Shown: in pieces, positions 16,101-25,066 of the stretch | How the letters are laid out: each line of letters begins with the position of its first letter | Numbering within the stretch: position 1 is the stretch's first letter | IMG/VR virus record: IMGVR_UViG_3300011723_000019 | Location: 2,000-65,999 of that record | From: a virus | Taxonomy: Duplodnaviria > Caudoviricetes | Strand: one strand, 5' to 3' | DNA: 64,000 bases | Notes under the pieces: generated by a model | Seen by the model: the letters and a program-made list of their open reading frames with translations, nothing else | Database searches by the model: none | What the model was told of the DNA's origin: nothing | Position numbers and translations under genes: made by a program

Positions 16101-17959
16101 ATGTCAGCACCATGAAGTTTACTCAGGCCGAGGAAGAAGCGTTGAAGAAATTGAGCATCCGTATCGCTGAAATAGATCAAAATAAGCGTCAACGAGAAAG
16201 CAAAGGATTGATCGAAGCGCTAAGAGCCGCACAAACTGTAAATGACAAATTGGTTGCAATCGAGCAAGATTATCAAGATAAAATCAAATCCCTGCGTGAT
16301 AATAACGAGTTAACTCCTGATCGCGAAAAACTGCTTAATAAACAAAAGGGACGCAGCACCTCTCAGGTAGCCGTTGAAGAACTGACTGGCTCTATTGAAT
16401 GGGAAACGTTGTTTTCCGGTATGGACGAGATGGGAGTCAAACAAATTGAAAATCTTATTTCAACAATTGAAACTAAGTTCGACGATCTGAAAGGCAAGTT
16501 CGATCCAATCGACCTTCAAAACTTGAAACGTCAATTGCGAGAAGCTCAAAACGTCCTAATTGAGAAAAATCCGTTTACACAACTGGCATCATCAATTAAG
16601 GTAATTATGAACAATGCCGGTAACGATTCGGCAGAAGCTGCTGAGAAGACAAAAACGGCATGGGTCAACCTTTCTAAATCGACAAAAAACAGTTTTGACT
16701 TCATATCTAATGCTGTTGAATCTGCATCAGTTTTAAAAGATGCTATAGGGGAAGTCGGGGCGACTGCGTTATCTTCATTGACAGCTCTATCAGTAGCAGC
16801 GGTTGCGGTTACCTCCGCTATAAAAACAGCGGAGAGAGCGTCTGTAATCCTTGCTGTTATTCAGGCCGCATTAGTTGTTGTCCAGTCTTTATTTTCTTTT
16901 TTGAGCAGCGCGTCTAAGAAACGCAATGAGGAATTGAAAAAAGAGCAAGATTATTACAATACACTATCGGAGACATTCGATATCCTAATTGATAAACAAA
17001 AGGAACTGTTTTCGCAGAAATCAGGCAAAGACTCTATGGATGCTTACAAAGAAGCTATTGATCTAGTAAATTCAAAGCTGATCGCTAATAGAAAAAGTCT
17101 TGAAGCTTGGTTTTCCCAAGGCGCCAGTTTATTTAAGCACTCTAATTGGTATAACTATGACAAAGAGCTGGGTAATGTATTGAGTCGGCAAAAACTTTTG
17201 AATATGACTAGTCAAGAATGGTCGGATCTGCTATTAAAACAGCCAACATTGTGGGCTAGACTGCCGGAAGAAGTGCGCAAGTATGGGCAAAGTATGATAG
17301 ATGCAAAAGGCCAAACAAAAGAATTGACCGACGCCTTACAAGAAGCTTTGTCCGGTATTTCTTTAGATGATATACGCGGAGAATTTGAAAGTTTATTTTC
17401 TCAGGCTGATTTAACTTTTGGAGATATATCCGACTCATTCTATAAGCATATGCAAAAAGCAGTGATGCGGTTGGTACAAGACGGTAAGATGACTCAAAGT
17501 ATTCAAGAATGGTATGATAAAGTTACTGACTCATTATCGGATGGTACCTTGACGGAAAGTGAGTCAGAAAACTTGAAAGCTCAATACCAAGCTATTGCTG
17601 AAGCTGGCAATAAGCGGTACCAGGAGATAATGGGTTTAATAGGATATGAAGGTGATACCAAATCGTCAGGTCTTAAAGGATCTATTCAAAAGGAAATGAC
17701 GGAAGCAACCGCAAGCGAGTTGACTGGTCTTTTTCGATCAACATTTGAACTTTCGAAGCGATCCTTACAAGAATCACAAAGCCAAACTATATCAATGGGT
17801 AAGATAGTTGAAATGACCAGCAACGGGTTAGTCGTACTTAACAATATCCAAAATAATACTGCAGCAACGGTTGTTGAACTACAGAACGCAGTAAGCGAGT
17901 TGAAGAATATCAATAAAAATACATCACCTCAATCAATGAGGGCATACGGAGGAGGATAA
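13169..17959 (+). CDS. Tail tape measure protein (TP901-type core), 1596 aa
   Basis: Long coiled coil; VSKTTGLSG...QVAGQLGV...NLGNNFAATESEI core; followed by tail-tip genes. Confidence 0.9.
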   Translation: MSEINYKVTVDDSEAKKKLNDLWAFLKSGESKTKSIIDFDKTEKGLKRVLDNLEKVKSKTASIGGLNVDGSGDAKRSTGAIRQLSDEQKKLKQAQLDNIESIRRLREERSKEIGELNLLKQIEQEHKATLAEKKAAAQDLTQTEKELNIQYKQGQIEMQEYNRLLKEQAEERRKATAAEREATKAVKEAEKARKDAEREAEKAAKAAEKRRKQLEKESSEYYQLNKALGSVRKEAKDVLAEMFKLERQGLKNSAAYELLENQSKDLVAQTQYLDKGIKKIDASLGLHQRNVGNYAAALDNIIPIVGRVNSQLAMFGTSIDDIAGKPGIFKEIGAGITSAFKNLVAFVSTPIGAAVATIGGLFALFQANKDTVIQFDDGLKSVSKTTGLSGKALQQYSDDIIQLSRALKTVESKQLLEYSQVAGQLGVKGRDNLLAFSDALAKLETASDIRGEEGATKIARLLTLTDGGVQNVKEFGDEIVNLGNNFAATESEILTNAEAIGQNVGLYKIGRKDVLAYATATKAVGLEAEVVGSTFSRTLGQFEKMTRSGKGVNDLLKIIGGTQSDLQKRFKTDASGVFMDYIRGLNKINQAGGSVNEALERTGIIAVRDQRVIASLASTGYDTLTNAMNTAKNASGAMQAEFETGASKLVNQIKRINIAWDNLVLSIENGSGAIGKTSVAIIGYVADMLEAFNKIADSANIFEGVFRYISTGFKMTVPGRAVDWATGGGFDKVSNWIFPNDSKKASEDNSKFFAEFSQKTRAEQLKMIANQEALIKKQNSLNKAFANPVLEENLKKMRSLLKTDVDTSKIDFGVSDKDKRKSERAAEQLRQATERQRSLQLEIDKINETASRNQLSRDESEVASVKDKYAKIREEVDKFYRNPKNKGLKVNTSGLVASENFEVSEAEIRQNTKATETQFDAQKKFLDEYNAYAEQTSKAAADKRYAKELAIFKDYEQNVRATYDSLVTKKKTADLAQYVSTMKFTQAEEEALKKLSIRIAEIDQNKRQRESKGLIEALRAAQTVNDKLVAIEQDYQDKIKSLRDNNELTPDREKLLNKQKGRSTSQVAVEELTGSIEWETLFSGMDEMGVKQIENLISTIETKFDDLKGKFDPIDLQNLKRQLREAQNVLIEKNPFTQLASSIKVIMNNAGNDSAEAAEKTKTAWVNLSKSTKNSFDFISNAVESASVLKDAIGEVGATALSSLTALSVAAVAVTSAIKTAERASVILAVIQAALVVVQSLFSFLSSASKKRNEELKKEQDYYNTLSETFDILIDKQKELFSQKSGKDSMDAYKEAIDLVNSKLIANRKSLEAWFSQGASLFKHSNWYNYDKELGNVLSRQKLLNMTSQEWSDLLLKQPTLWARLPEEVRKYGQSMIDAKGQTKELTDALQEALSGISLDDIRGEFESLFSQADLTFGDISDSFYKHMQKAVMRLVQDGKMTQSIQEWYDKVTDSLSDGTLTESESENLKAQYQAIAEAGNKRYQEIMGLIGYEGDTKSSGLKGSIQKEMTEATASELTGLFRSTFELSKRSLQESQSQTISMGKIVEMTSNGLVVLNNIQNNTAATVVELQNAVSELKNINKNTSPQSMRAYGGG

Positions 17960-17960
17960 T

Positions 17961-18473
17961 ATGGGCTTTGCAATTGATAACAAAAATACAGCTACAGAAT
18001 TTAAGTTGTTTTTTAAACGCGGTGTTTGGAGCGAGTTATTGAAGTTTCCTAAACCCAAACAAAGGGCCTTTTATGATTGGCCGGATGAACACGGAAAGGA
18101 CTATGACGATTTTTCGCCAACGGTGTATGAACCGCTACAGTATAATATCGGGTGCTACCTATCTTCAACTTCCCTTACTCGATTACAAGAGCAAAGGGAG
18201 GTTTTGCTGAATATTCTTAAAAAACCTGAGGGCTTCAACTTAAGAGTTGATGCGTTGGGGCGATCATTCGCGCTGCGGTATATCGGTTCGCCTGATCTAA
18301 GCATTTTTAATCCCCGTAGAACTACGGGTATAATTTACACTGAATTTAACCTGACATTGGAAAATAACTTCGCACCTGTCGGTGTAGATTTCTACCTGGC
18401 AGATATTAACGGTTTAATTCTGAGCTATCCTAGTAAACCTATACAATTCGAGCAACAAAAACAAGTATTTTAA
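17961..18473 (+). CDS. Distal-tail (Dit)-like protein
   Basis: Directly after TMP; LLKFPKPK..YDWPDEHG resembles Bacteroidota prophage tail proteins. Confidence 0.55.
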   Translation: MGFAIDNKNTATEFKLFFKRGVWSELLKFPKPKQRAFYDWPDEHGKDYDDFSPTVYEPLQYNIGCYLSSTSLTRLQEQREVLLNILKKPEGFNLRVDALGRSFALRYIGSPDLSIFNPRRTTGIIYTEFNLTLENNFAPVGVDFYLADINGLILSYPSKPIQFEQQKQVF

Positions 18474-21064
18474 TGAAGATCCAAATAAAAAGAAAAGGCA
18501 TCAATACAATAGAGATACCATTGAATGCCGGAATATATGCCAACAAAGTAATGGCCGAGCAATTGTTATCGTTTAGTTTCCAAACTTCAAAACTACTCGA
18601 CCTGGTGGTCGGTGATACTTTGCTGTACAAGGGCGAGGAATACATGTTGAACAATACCCCAAGCATTAGGAAGACAAGTCGTTTTTCATTCGAATATGAT
18701 TTTGCTTTTGAGGGGCCTCGACACTTATTATCGAAATTATTCATTACACATCTTGGCGCTCGTAAGTTCTCGTTTTCAGGGACGGCTCAGGAGTGGTTAA
18801 ATTTTATTGTCGATTGCGTCAATAGCAAATCTTCAGGTTGGACTGTGGGCCAGTTTGAAGATATGGGCCGAGTAACGATTGAATTTGATTCGACTTATAT
18901 TCTTGATGCTCTTACAATGGTAGCAGAAGCGATGAAAGGCGAATGGGGCGTGAAAGGGAAAGTAATATCTCTTAAGAAAACAGTCGGTACCGCAAGAGCT
19001 TTGACGTTCAAATATGGTAAAGGTGAAGGACTATATAGTTTAACCCGTAAAATCATAGATGATAAGAAAATAGTTACCCGGGCGTATGCTCGGGGCGGCT
19101 CCAATAATCTTCCGGCTGGAATGAGGGATTATTTTACTATTGATGGATATGTTGAAAAGAACGTATCAATTTACGGTCTTACAGAAGGAGAATTTATCGA
19201 CGAAGAAATATATCCTAAAAGAACCGGCACCGTTACTGCTGTGTCGCAAATTAACAAGCAGCAATTCACCATTTCCGATAATTCAATTGACTTTGATCTT
19301 AACGCTCAAAGAGTGAATGGGGTAACACCGCAAATCGTCTTTAAGTCTGGGTTATTGGAAGGAAATACTTTTGAAATAGAATCTTATAGTCCTGCAAATA
19401 AAACAATTCGTTTCAAGGCTAATGACGAGGGTAACGGAATTTTGTTCCCTACAGAGGTTGTACATGCGGAGATCGGCGATAAATACACATTGATTGGTAT
19501 TCGTATGCCACAATCATATATTGATGCTGCGGTCACAGAGTTAACGGCAAAACGTCAAGAGTACTTAGATAGCAACAGTGTTCCTCGAGTGGTGTATGAC
19601 CTTGAAATTGATATTATACAGTTAAAGAAATCGAATGAAATGCTAGAAGCTGGCGACATAATCAAAGTTATAGATATAGACTAGGGGATTGATTCAAATA
19701 TTAGGATCACTGAGGTAAACTATCCGGCACACTATCCTGATGTGCTTGAAAATGGAATGCAATTCAATGCAGTCATAGGGAATGAAGTCACCTATACATT
19801 ATCGCAAAAGATCCAAAATGACATCAAGAAAAATCAGGAGGTTATCACCCAGTACAATAAAGCAAGTTGGGAACGCGACCGACGGAATATCCAGGCATTG
19901 ACAGAATTCCGTTCGAAAGTACTTGATCCGGACGGGAACCTTGAGCAGGCAATGATGCAGGCGATCGCTGGTTGGTTTGGTACCGAATCCATGTATTATG
20001 ATTTGGATGATGTGCAGATGGTTGTTAATGCAGGTGGTGACCCGAACAGCTTTGCTATGACTGCAGGTAGATTGATCCACAAGGTATTCAAGATTGAGGG
20101 ATTAGGCAATATTTGGTTACTCGATCCTTTTAGTATTACAGGTTTGGATCCACTGGAAAGCTATTATCTATCCGCTAAGGTGAGCCGCACCGCGCTAACC
20201 GGTGAATGGGTGTTATCATCTGAGCAAATGGGAACAGAGTCGGAGCCTAGTTATTGGCATTTCAATTTTGGGGTACTTTCAAGTGTGATTGAAGGCGAAC
20301 GATCTTTCAAGCCTACGAAAGGTTTTACTTTGATTAGTGGTGGAAGTATCGAGACCGATGTTATCAGCGCTTACATGATTAATGTTAACCGTTTATTCGC
20401 CCAGGTTGTGACAGTGGGAAGCGACGGCTATAACAATGCAGGTATTTCGGGGCTTGCTGATGGCAAAATCTATGACGATAATTGGAATATTATTGGTGAT
20501 GATCCAAATAAGTCTGTCAGATTCTGGGCCGGATCGGATGAGAACGAGAAGCACAAAGCGCCATTCAATGTTTTGAACGACGGAAGCATGAGAGCTGAGA
20601 ATGGAAAAATTGGTAATTTCAATATGGACGCCAACAAGTTGTATATCGGGCAAAAAGATACATGGCAGCCGTTTGGCAAATCAGTATTCCTGTATGGCGA
20701 TTACTTTTTAATGCGTGACAACGGAGCCGTTGCGGGGCAAAGACGGGAGTTTTCATGGAACCTATATAAGAATCAAATTGCAGTTAATGAAGATAACGCG
20801 GTTTCCATTTTTAACACTATGAACAATTTTGATCCTTTGTTTCCAAACACCAATGTGGCGTTGGAACTTGAAGCTAGTGGATCGAATGAAAATTACGCAT
20901 TGAGCATAAATAGTGGAGATATCCGTGTAAAAGGGAAAAAAGGTTATACCGGAAAGATCACTTTAGCAAACACCGCATCGAGTACGGTTTATTATCATTT
21001 CAATTACATTAACGGCTTGCTGGTTGATTATGTTTCAAACGGCAGTGCAACAAATCCATTTTAA
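18473..21064 (+). pseudogene. Tail-tip/hub (Tal-like) protein interrupted by one in-frame TAG at 19682-19684
   Basis: The frame continues through TAG (DID*GIDSNIRITEVNYP) into ORF 19742..21064; KYGKGEGLYSL..IVTRAYARGG tail motif. Confidence 0.75.
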
Positions 21065-21065
21065 T

Positions 21066-21512
21066 ATGAAACTAACAACAACAAAGCTAGATTTTGATCT
21101 AATTGTTCAAAAGCAATTGCAGGATATAGACAATTTATTCTTTCAGCGGCTTGTTGAGCTTTGCGATGAACGGATAGCGATTCAAAGAGCCAAGGTGTCA
21201 CCTGAAGGCTATAACGACCAGACGGGACAATTGAGGTCTTCCGTTGGTTATATTATCTATCGTGATGGAAAAATACGACATGAGAATTTCGAGCTTGCGC
21301 CTTATGGGACGGATAAGGCCCCGGGCCTAAAGGCCGGACGTGAGCTTGCATTGAGTCAACTTAGAATAACTGAGGGTTGGGGTGTTGTTTTGGTTGCCGG
21401 CATGGAGTATGCAAGTTGGCTAGAAAGCAACCACAATAGAACCGTCCTAGCTTCCGCAACCTTCAAATTAGAGGACGATATGGAATATATCTTAAAAAAC
21501 ATATCGGTTTAG
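21066..21512 (+). CDS. HK97 gp10-like tail-completion protein
   Basis: YNDQTGQLRSSVGY and AGMEYASWLE motifs; ATG 21066 follows the previous stop. Confidence 0.55.
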   Translation: MKLTTTKLDFDLIVQKQLQDIDNLFFQRLVELCDERIAIQRAKVSPEGYNDQTGQLRSSVGYIIYRDGKIRHENFELAPYGTDKAPGLKAGRELALSQLRITEGWGVVLVAGMEYASWLESNHNRTVLASATFKLEDDMEYILKNISV

Positions 21513-21519
21513 TCTGATC

Positions 21520-21559
21520 CGATAACAGATCGAAAAAAGCGATAACAAAACCGATAACA
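21520..21559. repeat. Three direct repeats CGATAACA (candidate integrase arm-type sites)
   Basis: Copies at 21520, 21540 and 21552. Confidence 0.5.
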
Positions 21560-21568
21560 TTCCAATAA

Positions 21569-21601
21569 AAAAGCCCCTTTGTGTCATACAAAGGAGCTTT
21601 T
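21569..21601. terminator. Bidirectional terminator at the B/C junction
   Basis: AAAAGC-CCCTTTGT..ACAAAGG-A-GCTTTT. Confidence 0.65.
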
Positions 21602-21619
21602 AAGTACGCCAATCAGTTC

Positions 21620-21632
21620 TGTACCTAGGCCC
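21620..21632 (-). other. Candidate att core resembling a tRNA-Leu 3' end (GGGCCTAGGTACA on minus)
   Basis: Sequence resemblance and junction position only; the partner copy is not in the window. Confidence 0.35.
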
Positions 21633-21646
21633 ATGTAATCAAATAG

Positions 21647-21820
21647 TTATAGGTCGGTAGTGCCATTTGTGCACGGCAACACTTTGAATCCCCTTACTTC
21701 TGCCAATTCTCGGATATCACTGATGTAATCATCAAGCTCTTCTTGAATGGTAGAATAGGGAGCAGCCAGCTCAAACGTAATTCTTACCTTATTTCCGTCG
21801 TATTGTTTCTCTTCGTTCAT
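21647..21820 (-). CDS. Small hypothetical protein (57 aa)
   Basis: Hand translation MNEEKQYDGNKVRITFELAAPYSTIQEELDDYISDIRELAEVRGFKVLPCTNGTTDL. Confidence 0.45.
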   Translation of the reverse strand: MNEEKQYDGNKVRITFELAAPYSTIQEELDDYISDIRELAEVRGFKVLPCTNGTTDL

Positions 21821-21872
21821 ATAATTGAATTTTTGTCGTTTTTTAATTTTGTCATGCTATCTAATTTTAATT

Positions 21873-22229
21873 ATGGAAAAACAAGAAATTATCATGATTA
21901 TAGCTGCGTTAGTAGCTATAATCGGCTTACTTATTTATACCAGTTGTTACTGGAAGAATGAGTATGAAGAACTTCGTAGTGAAGTTAGATTACCCAGTCA
22001 AATACCTACTTCTCCTAATCCACCTCCGCCACCAAGGACTTTTATTGAAAGAAATCCTTATTCATGTAGTGAAAAAAGAGTTAAAGCTTTAAAAGCTTTA
22101 ATTTTTATGATGAGTCAGTTACAAAAAATTCCTACTTGTGAACATCGAGATCACATACAAAAAAAACTACTTTCGGAGATTGATCTAATAGAGAAAGCTC
22201 AATCTCTAATTGACGTAAATAAAGATTAG
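21873..22229 (+). CDS. Membrane-anchored hypothetical protein with a Pro-rich linker
   Basis: ATG 21873; N-terminal TM IIMIIAALVAIIGLLIY; PNPPPPP. Confidence 0.65.
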   Translation: MEKQEIIMIIAALVAIIGLLIYTSCYWKNEYEELRSEVRLPSQIPTSPNPPPPPRTFIERNPYSCSEKRVKALKALIFMMSQLQKIPTCEHRDHIQKKLLSEIDLIEKAQSLIDVNKD

Positions 22230-22251
22230 GCGAAAGCCTAATCTTTAAAAT

Positions 22252-23070
22252 CTATTTTATTGCAACCCTTTTTCCATTCATTGCAGAATCAGATATCGCT
22301 CCACCCGGAGCCTGAGAAATTGCATGCATAAACAATATGCCAGCAGATACAGCATCGTAGGCTGCTTTATGGTTCCAATACGGGATTCCGTTATCTTTAC
22401 AAAGGTTTTCCAGTTTATAGCTAGATTCATATTTCATAAATCTTTTTGCAAGTTTGTAAGTGCATACAACCCTTATGTTGGTAAGCTTTTGTTTTATAAA
22501 AGAAACGGTTTCCTTCAAAACATTTATATCAAATTCAGCATTATGAGCGACTAAAAGCCTATTGTCCAAATGAGGTTTAATATACTCCCATTGCTTTTCG
22601 AATGTTGAATACTCTCTAGATTGATTAATCGAAATTCCATGGATATGTTCGAATTCCCAAGGATGTTTGATAATTGGCTCTAATCGGAATTCTTTTACAT
22701 CTAAAAGCTTTTGTCCTTTAAAATGAGCAATTCCTAAACTGACTGCGCTTAGAGGATTTTTATTGGCTGTCTCGAAATCGATGACTGTAAATTCTAGTTC
22801 ATGAAAATCAATTGGGACTGGGAATCGCGTATGAAATTTAATATCAAACGAACCTGGATCTATTTCATTTTTAATGTATGCTTCAATATTCGCATTTAAT
22901 GTTAAGGCTGCTAAATCTTTTTCGTCCTTCAAATGCTGGCCTTTATCATAAACCTCTTTTGATAATGTAGAAAATGATCCTTTTTTTGGGATTTTATCAA
23001 AAGCTCCTGCGCTATATGCCCATAATAATCCAAGAAAAACGATGGCAATAATTATGTATAAAAATTCCAT
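22252..23070 (-). CDS. DEDDh 3'-5' exonuclease (DnaQ-like) with an N-terminal transmembrane anchor
   Basis: VIDFET, VAHNAEFD and HKAAYDA motifs; MEFLYIIIAIVFLGLLWAY TM. Confidence 0.88.
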   Translation of the reverse strand: MEFLYIIIAIVFLGLLWAYSAGAFDKIPKKGSFSTLSKEVYDKGQHLKDEKDLAALTLNANIEAYIKNEIDPGSFDIKFHTRFPVPIDFHELEFTVIDFETANKNPLSAVSLGIAHFKGQKLLDVKEFRLEPIIKHPWEFEHIHGISINQSREYSTFEKQWEYIKPHLDNRLLVAHNAEFDINVLKETVSFIKQKLTNIRVVCTYKLAKRFMKYESSYKLENLCKDNGIPYWNHKAAYDAVSAGILFMHAISQAPGGAISDSAMNGKRVAIK

Positions 23071-23074
23071 GCAA

Positions 23075-23488
23075 TTAATCGTAAAGTTTAGTAGCCATTT
23101 TAAAATCGAGATATTGAATTTTATCAGTTGTTAGGGTTTGCATGCCTGAAAAATCCCCGCCAACAACGGATACGGTTATATATTTCCTCGATTGGTGATA
23201 GGGTAAAATAATCCTTAAGTTCTCTGCAGCTTTGACCTTTAAAGTTTCATTGTAAATAAACCTTATCCCACCAATTTCTGAAACTTGTGATGTTGGTTTT
23301 AGATCAGTTTTTTTGATAACTTTTCGTTGTGTTTCGGTATTTACAACTTCAAACTCTGAAGAAGATATATTGGTTGTAAATGTTATACTCTTAGAATATA
23401 GTTTCTCTTCGTTATCTGGCTTAGGCTCATTTTTTCCACATCCACTTAGAATGAGTATTATAAGGATGAACTTATTTTTTATATTCAT
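23075..23488 (-). CDS. Lipoprotein in the repressor operon
   Basis: Lipobox ILSG-C after MNIKNKFILII. Confidence 0.75.
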   Translation of the reverse strand: MNIKNKFILIILILSGCGKNEPKPDNEEKLYSKSITFTTNISSSEFEVVNTETQRKVIKKTDLKPTSQVSEIGGIRFIYNETLKVKAAENLRIILPYHQSRKYITVSVVGGDFSGMQTLTTDKIQYLDFKMATKLYD

Positions 23489-23496
23489 TTATATGG

Positions 23497-23883
23497 TTAT
23501 TTGTTTGTTAGTTCGAAAAGCTTACTGCTGATTATCTGGTTATACTGTTCTAGAAGCTGAATATACTTATCTTTCCAATATTCTACCTCGTGCTCTAAGT
23601 CAGCATATGTTTTAGGAGATTTCTTTTGAGTTTCGGGTTCTTGAACAATTTGCAATAATTCTGGAAAATACTTAGAAAAATCAAAGTCTATTGCTCTACC
23701 ATATTTGATAATGTAATCTAATGATAGATCAGAATCGGAAAAGTGCCGATAAATTGTAGCACGATCTATATTCATTTTCTTTGCTGTCTTGGATACGTTA
23801 ATACCCTCAGATTCAAAGACCTTCTTTAATATTTCACCTCTACTTTTAATCATGTTGCAAATTTGCAACATGTTTTGTTGCAT
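23497..23883 (-). CDS. Prophage repressor-like HTH protein (likely start at ATG 23853)
   Basis: INVSKTAKKMNIDRATIYRHF HTH; divergent from the Cro-like gene. Confidence 0.75.
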   Translation of the reverse strand: MQQNMLQICNMIKSRGEILKKVFESEGINVSKTAKKMNIDRATIYRHFSDSDLSLDYIIKYGRAIDFDFSKYFPELLQIVQEPETQKKSPKTYADLEHEVEYWKDKYIQLLEQYNQIISSKLFELTNK

Positions 23884-23947
23884 TTATTTTACGAAAAGTG
23901 TTGCAAAATCAATATTTGTGTTGCATATTTGTTGCGTAATAGCAACA
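23851..23947. promoter_or_regulatory. Immunity operators TGTTGC-N6-GCAACA plus half-sites
   Basis: Full sites at 23853-23870 (inside a perfect 22-bp palindrome) and 23930-23947; TGTTGCA half-sites at 23876, 23899 and 23919. Confidence 0.75.
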
Positions 23948-23957
23948 CAAAAGTAAT

Positions 23958-24200
23958 ATGAATCTTCAAGTTGAAAAATCGCAATTAAGTACTAGTAGCT
24001 TATCGATACTAAAAAAATGTCTACCGAAAGGTGCGTATGAGCTTATTGCTAAGGAATTTAATATTAGTAAAAGCACTGTATCAAGAATTCTTGATGGAAA
24101 GATTGAAAATATTGAAGTAATCGAGTTTGCATTAAAACTCGCAATAGACAAACGCAACAGAATTGATGCGCTGGCGACAAAGATTGATCTGTTAGTGTAG
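23958..24200 (+). CDS. Cro-like HTH protein
   Basis: AYELIAKEFNISKSTVSRILDG; first gene of the rightward operon. Confidence 0.75.
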   Translation: MNLQVEKSQLSTSSLSILKKCLPKGAYELIAKEFNISKSTVSRILDGKIENIEVIEFALKLAIDKRNRIDALATKIDLLV

Positions 24201-24211
24201 TTAGCAGTAAT

Positions 24212-24793
24212 ATGATACGATTAAAGGTCATAAATCAAGAACTCCCTGCTGGTATCGAAGATAACGGTTATGAATTCTTTTGGTCGAATCGAGATCAGGT
24301 TCTGAAGTGTACGCATGCAGGGAGAGTTTGGATCTGGGGAGATTTCCCTCAGGAGGCTATCGATATCGTTTGTGAAGACATGGCTGCGCATCCGGAAGTT
24401 ATTCTTGATATCAGGGACTGGAATGTGATCGACAAAGAGGAAATGATCGCTCTCTATATCTTCTGCAGATTTGGAAAGTACGACACGGAACCCGATATCC
24501 ATGCAAATGGGACTATAGGTTATGCTGAATATTTTGATTGCGGAAAGCGTGGCACCTGTAAATATGAAGGTAGGATCTGCACGACTCTAAAAGTCGAAAA
24601 TGGAGAATTAACCAAGCGTGAACTGGAGACATTAAAGTTAGTGGCCAAGGGTAAGTTGAACAAAGAGATTGCCGATATCATGGAGATATCTGAGCATACG
24701 GTAAACTCTCATATAACCAATATACAGCAGAAGGGAAATTTCTTCAAAAAATATGAAATGATCCTGTTTGCCAAAGACAAGAACTTAATATAA
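24212..24793 (+). CDS. LuxR-type HTH regulator with a Cys cluster
   Basis: LTKRELETLKLVAKGKLNKEIADIMEISEHTVNSH; CGKRGTCKYEGRIC. Confidence 0.85.
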   Translation: MIRLKVINQELPAGIEDNGYEFFWSNRDQVLKCTHAGRVWIWGDFPQEAIDIVCEDMAAHPEVILDIRDWNVIDKEEMIALYIFCRFGKYDTEPDIHANGTIGYAEYFDCGKRGTCKYEGRICTTLKVENGELTKRELETLKLVAKGKLNKEIADIMEISEHTVNSHITNIQQKGNFFKKYEMILFAKDKNLI

Positions 24794-24798
24794 AAATT

Positions 24799-25059
24799 AT
24801 GGAAACTAAAACCTTGAATAAGGACCTTGTTAAGGTCGGACAGAATTTTGAATTAGATTTCAAATTCGGATCACCCAAATATCGATTTAGTATAGATCGT
24901 AGTAATAAATTACAGATTATTCGCCATGGAGGTCCTCACATGTGCTATGTGACTGACGTCCGCGAAGATGGAATTGAATTGGCACTATACATAATGGGAA
25001 AGCAATTTACAAGCTTCATGGCTTATTCTGAAATGATTTACGTCAAGCCTTCAAAGTAA
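24799..25059 (+). CDS. Hypothetical early protein
   Basis: ATG ORF in operon. Confidence 0.7.
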   Translation: METKTLNKDLVKVGQNFELDFKFGSPKYRFSIDRSNKLQIIRHGGPHMCYVTDVREDGIELALYIMGKQFTSFMAYSEMIYVKPSK

Positions 25060-25066
25060 TAAATGT

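Larger units (their letters stand above)
3929..21601 (+). mobile_element. Phage-related element B: replication, TerS-like and tail-tip/tape-measure module; no head, tail tube, TerL, lysis or integrase gene recognised (satellite candidate or defective prophage)
   Basis: Co-oriented xis-xis-primase-TerS-like-...-TMP-Dit-Tal-gp10-like order; right end marked by triple CGATAACA and a terminator; left boundary uncertain. Confidence 0.7.
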
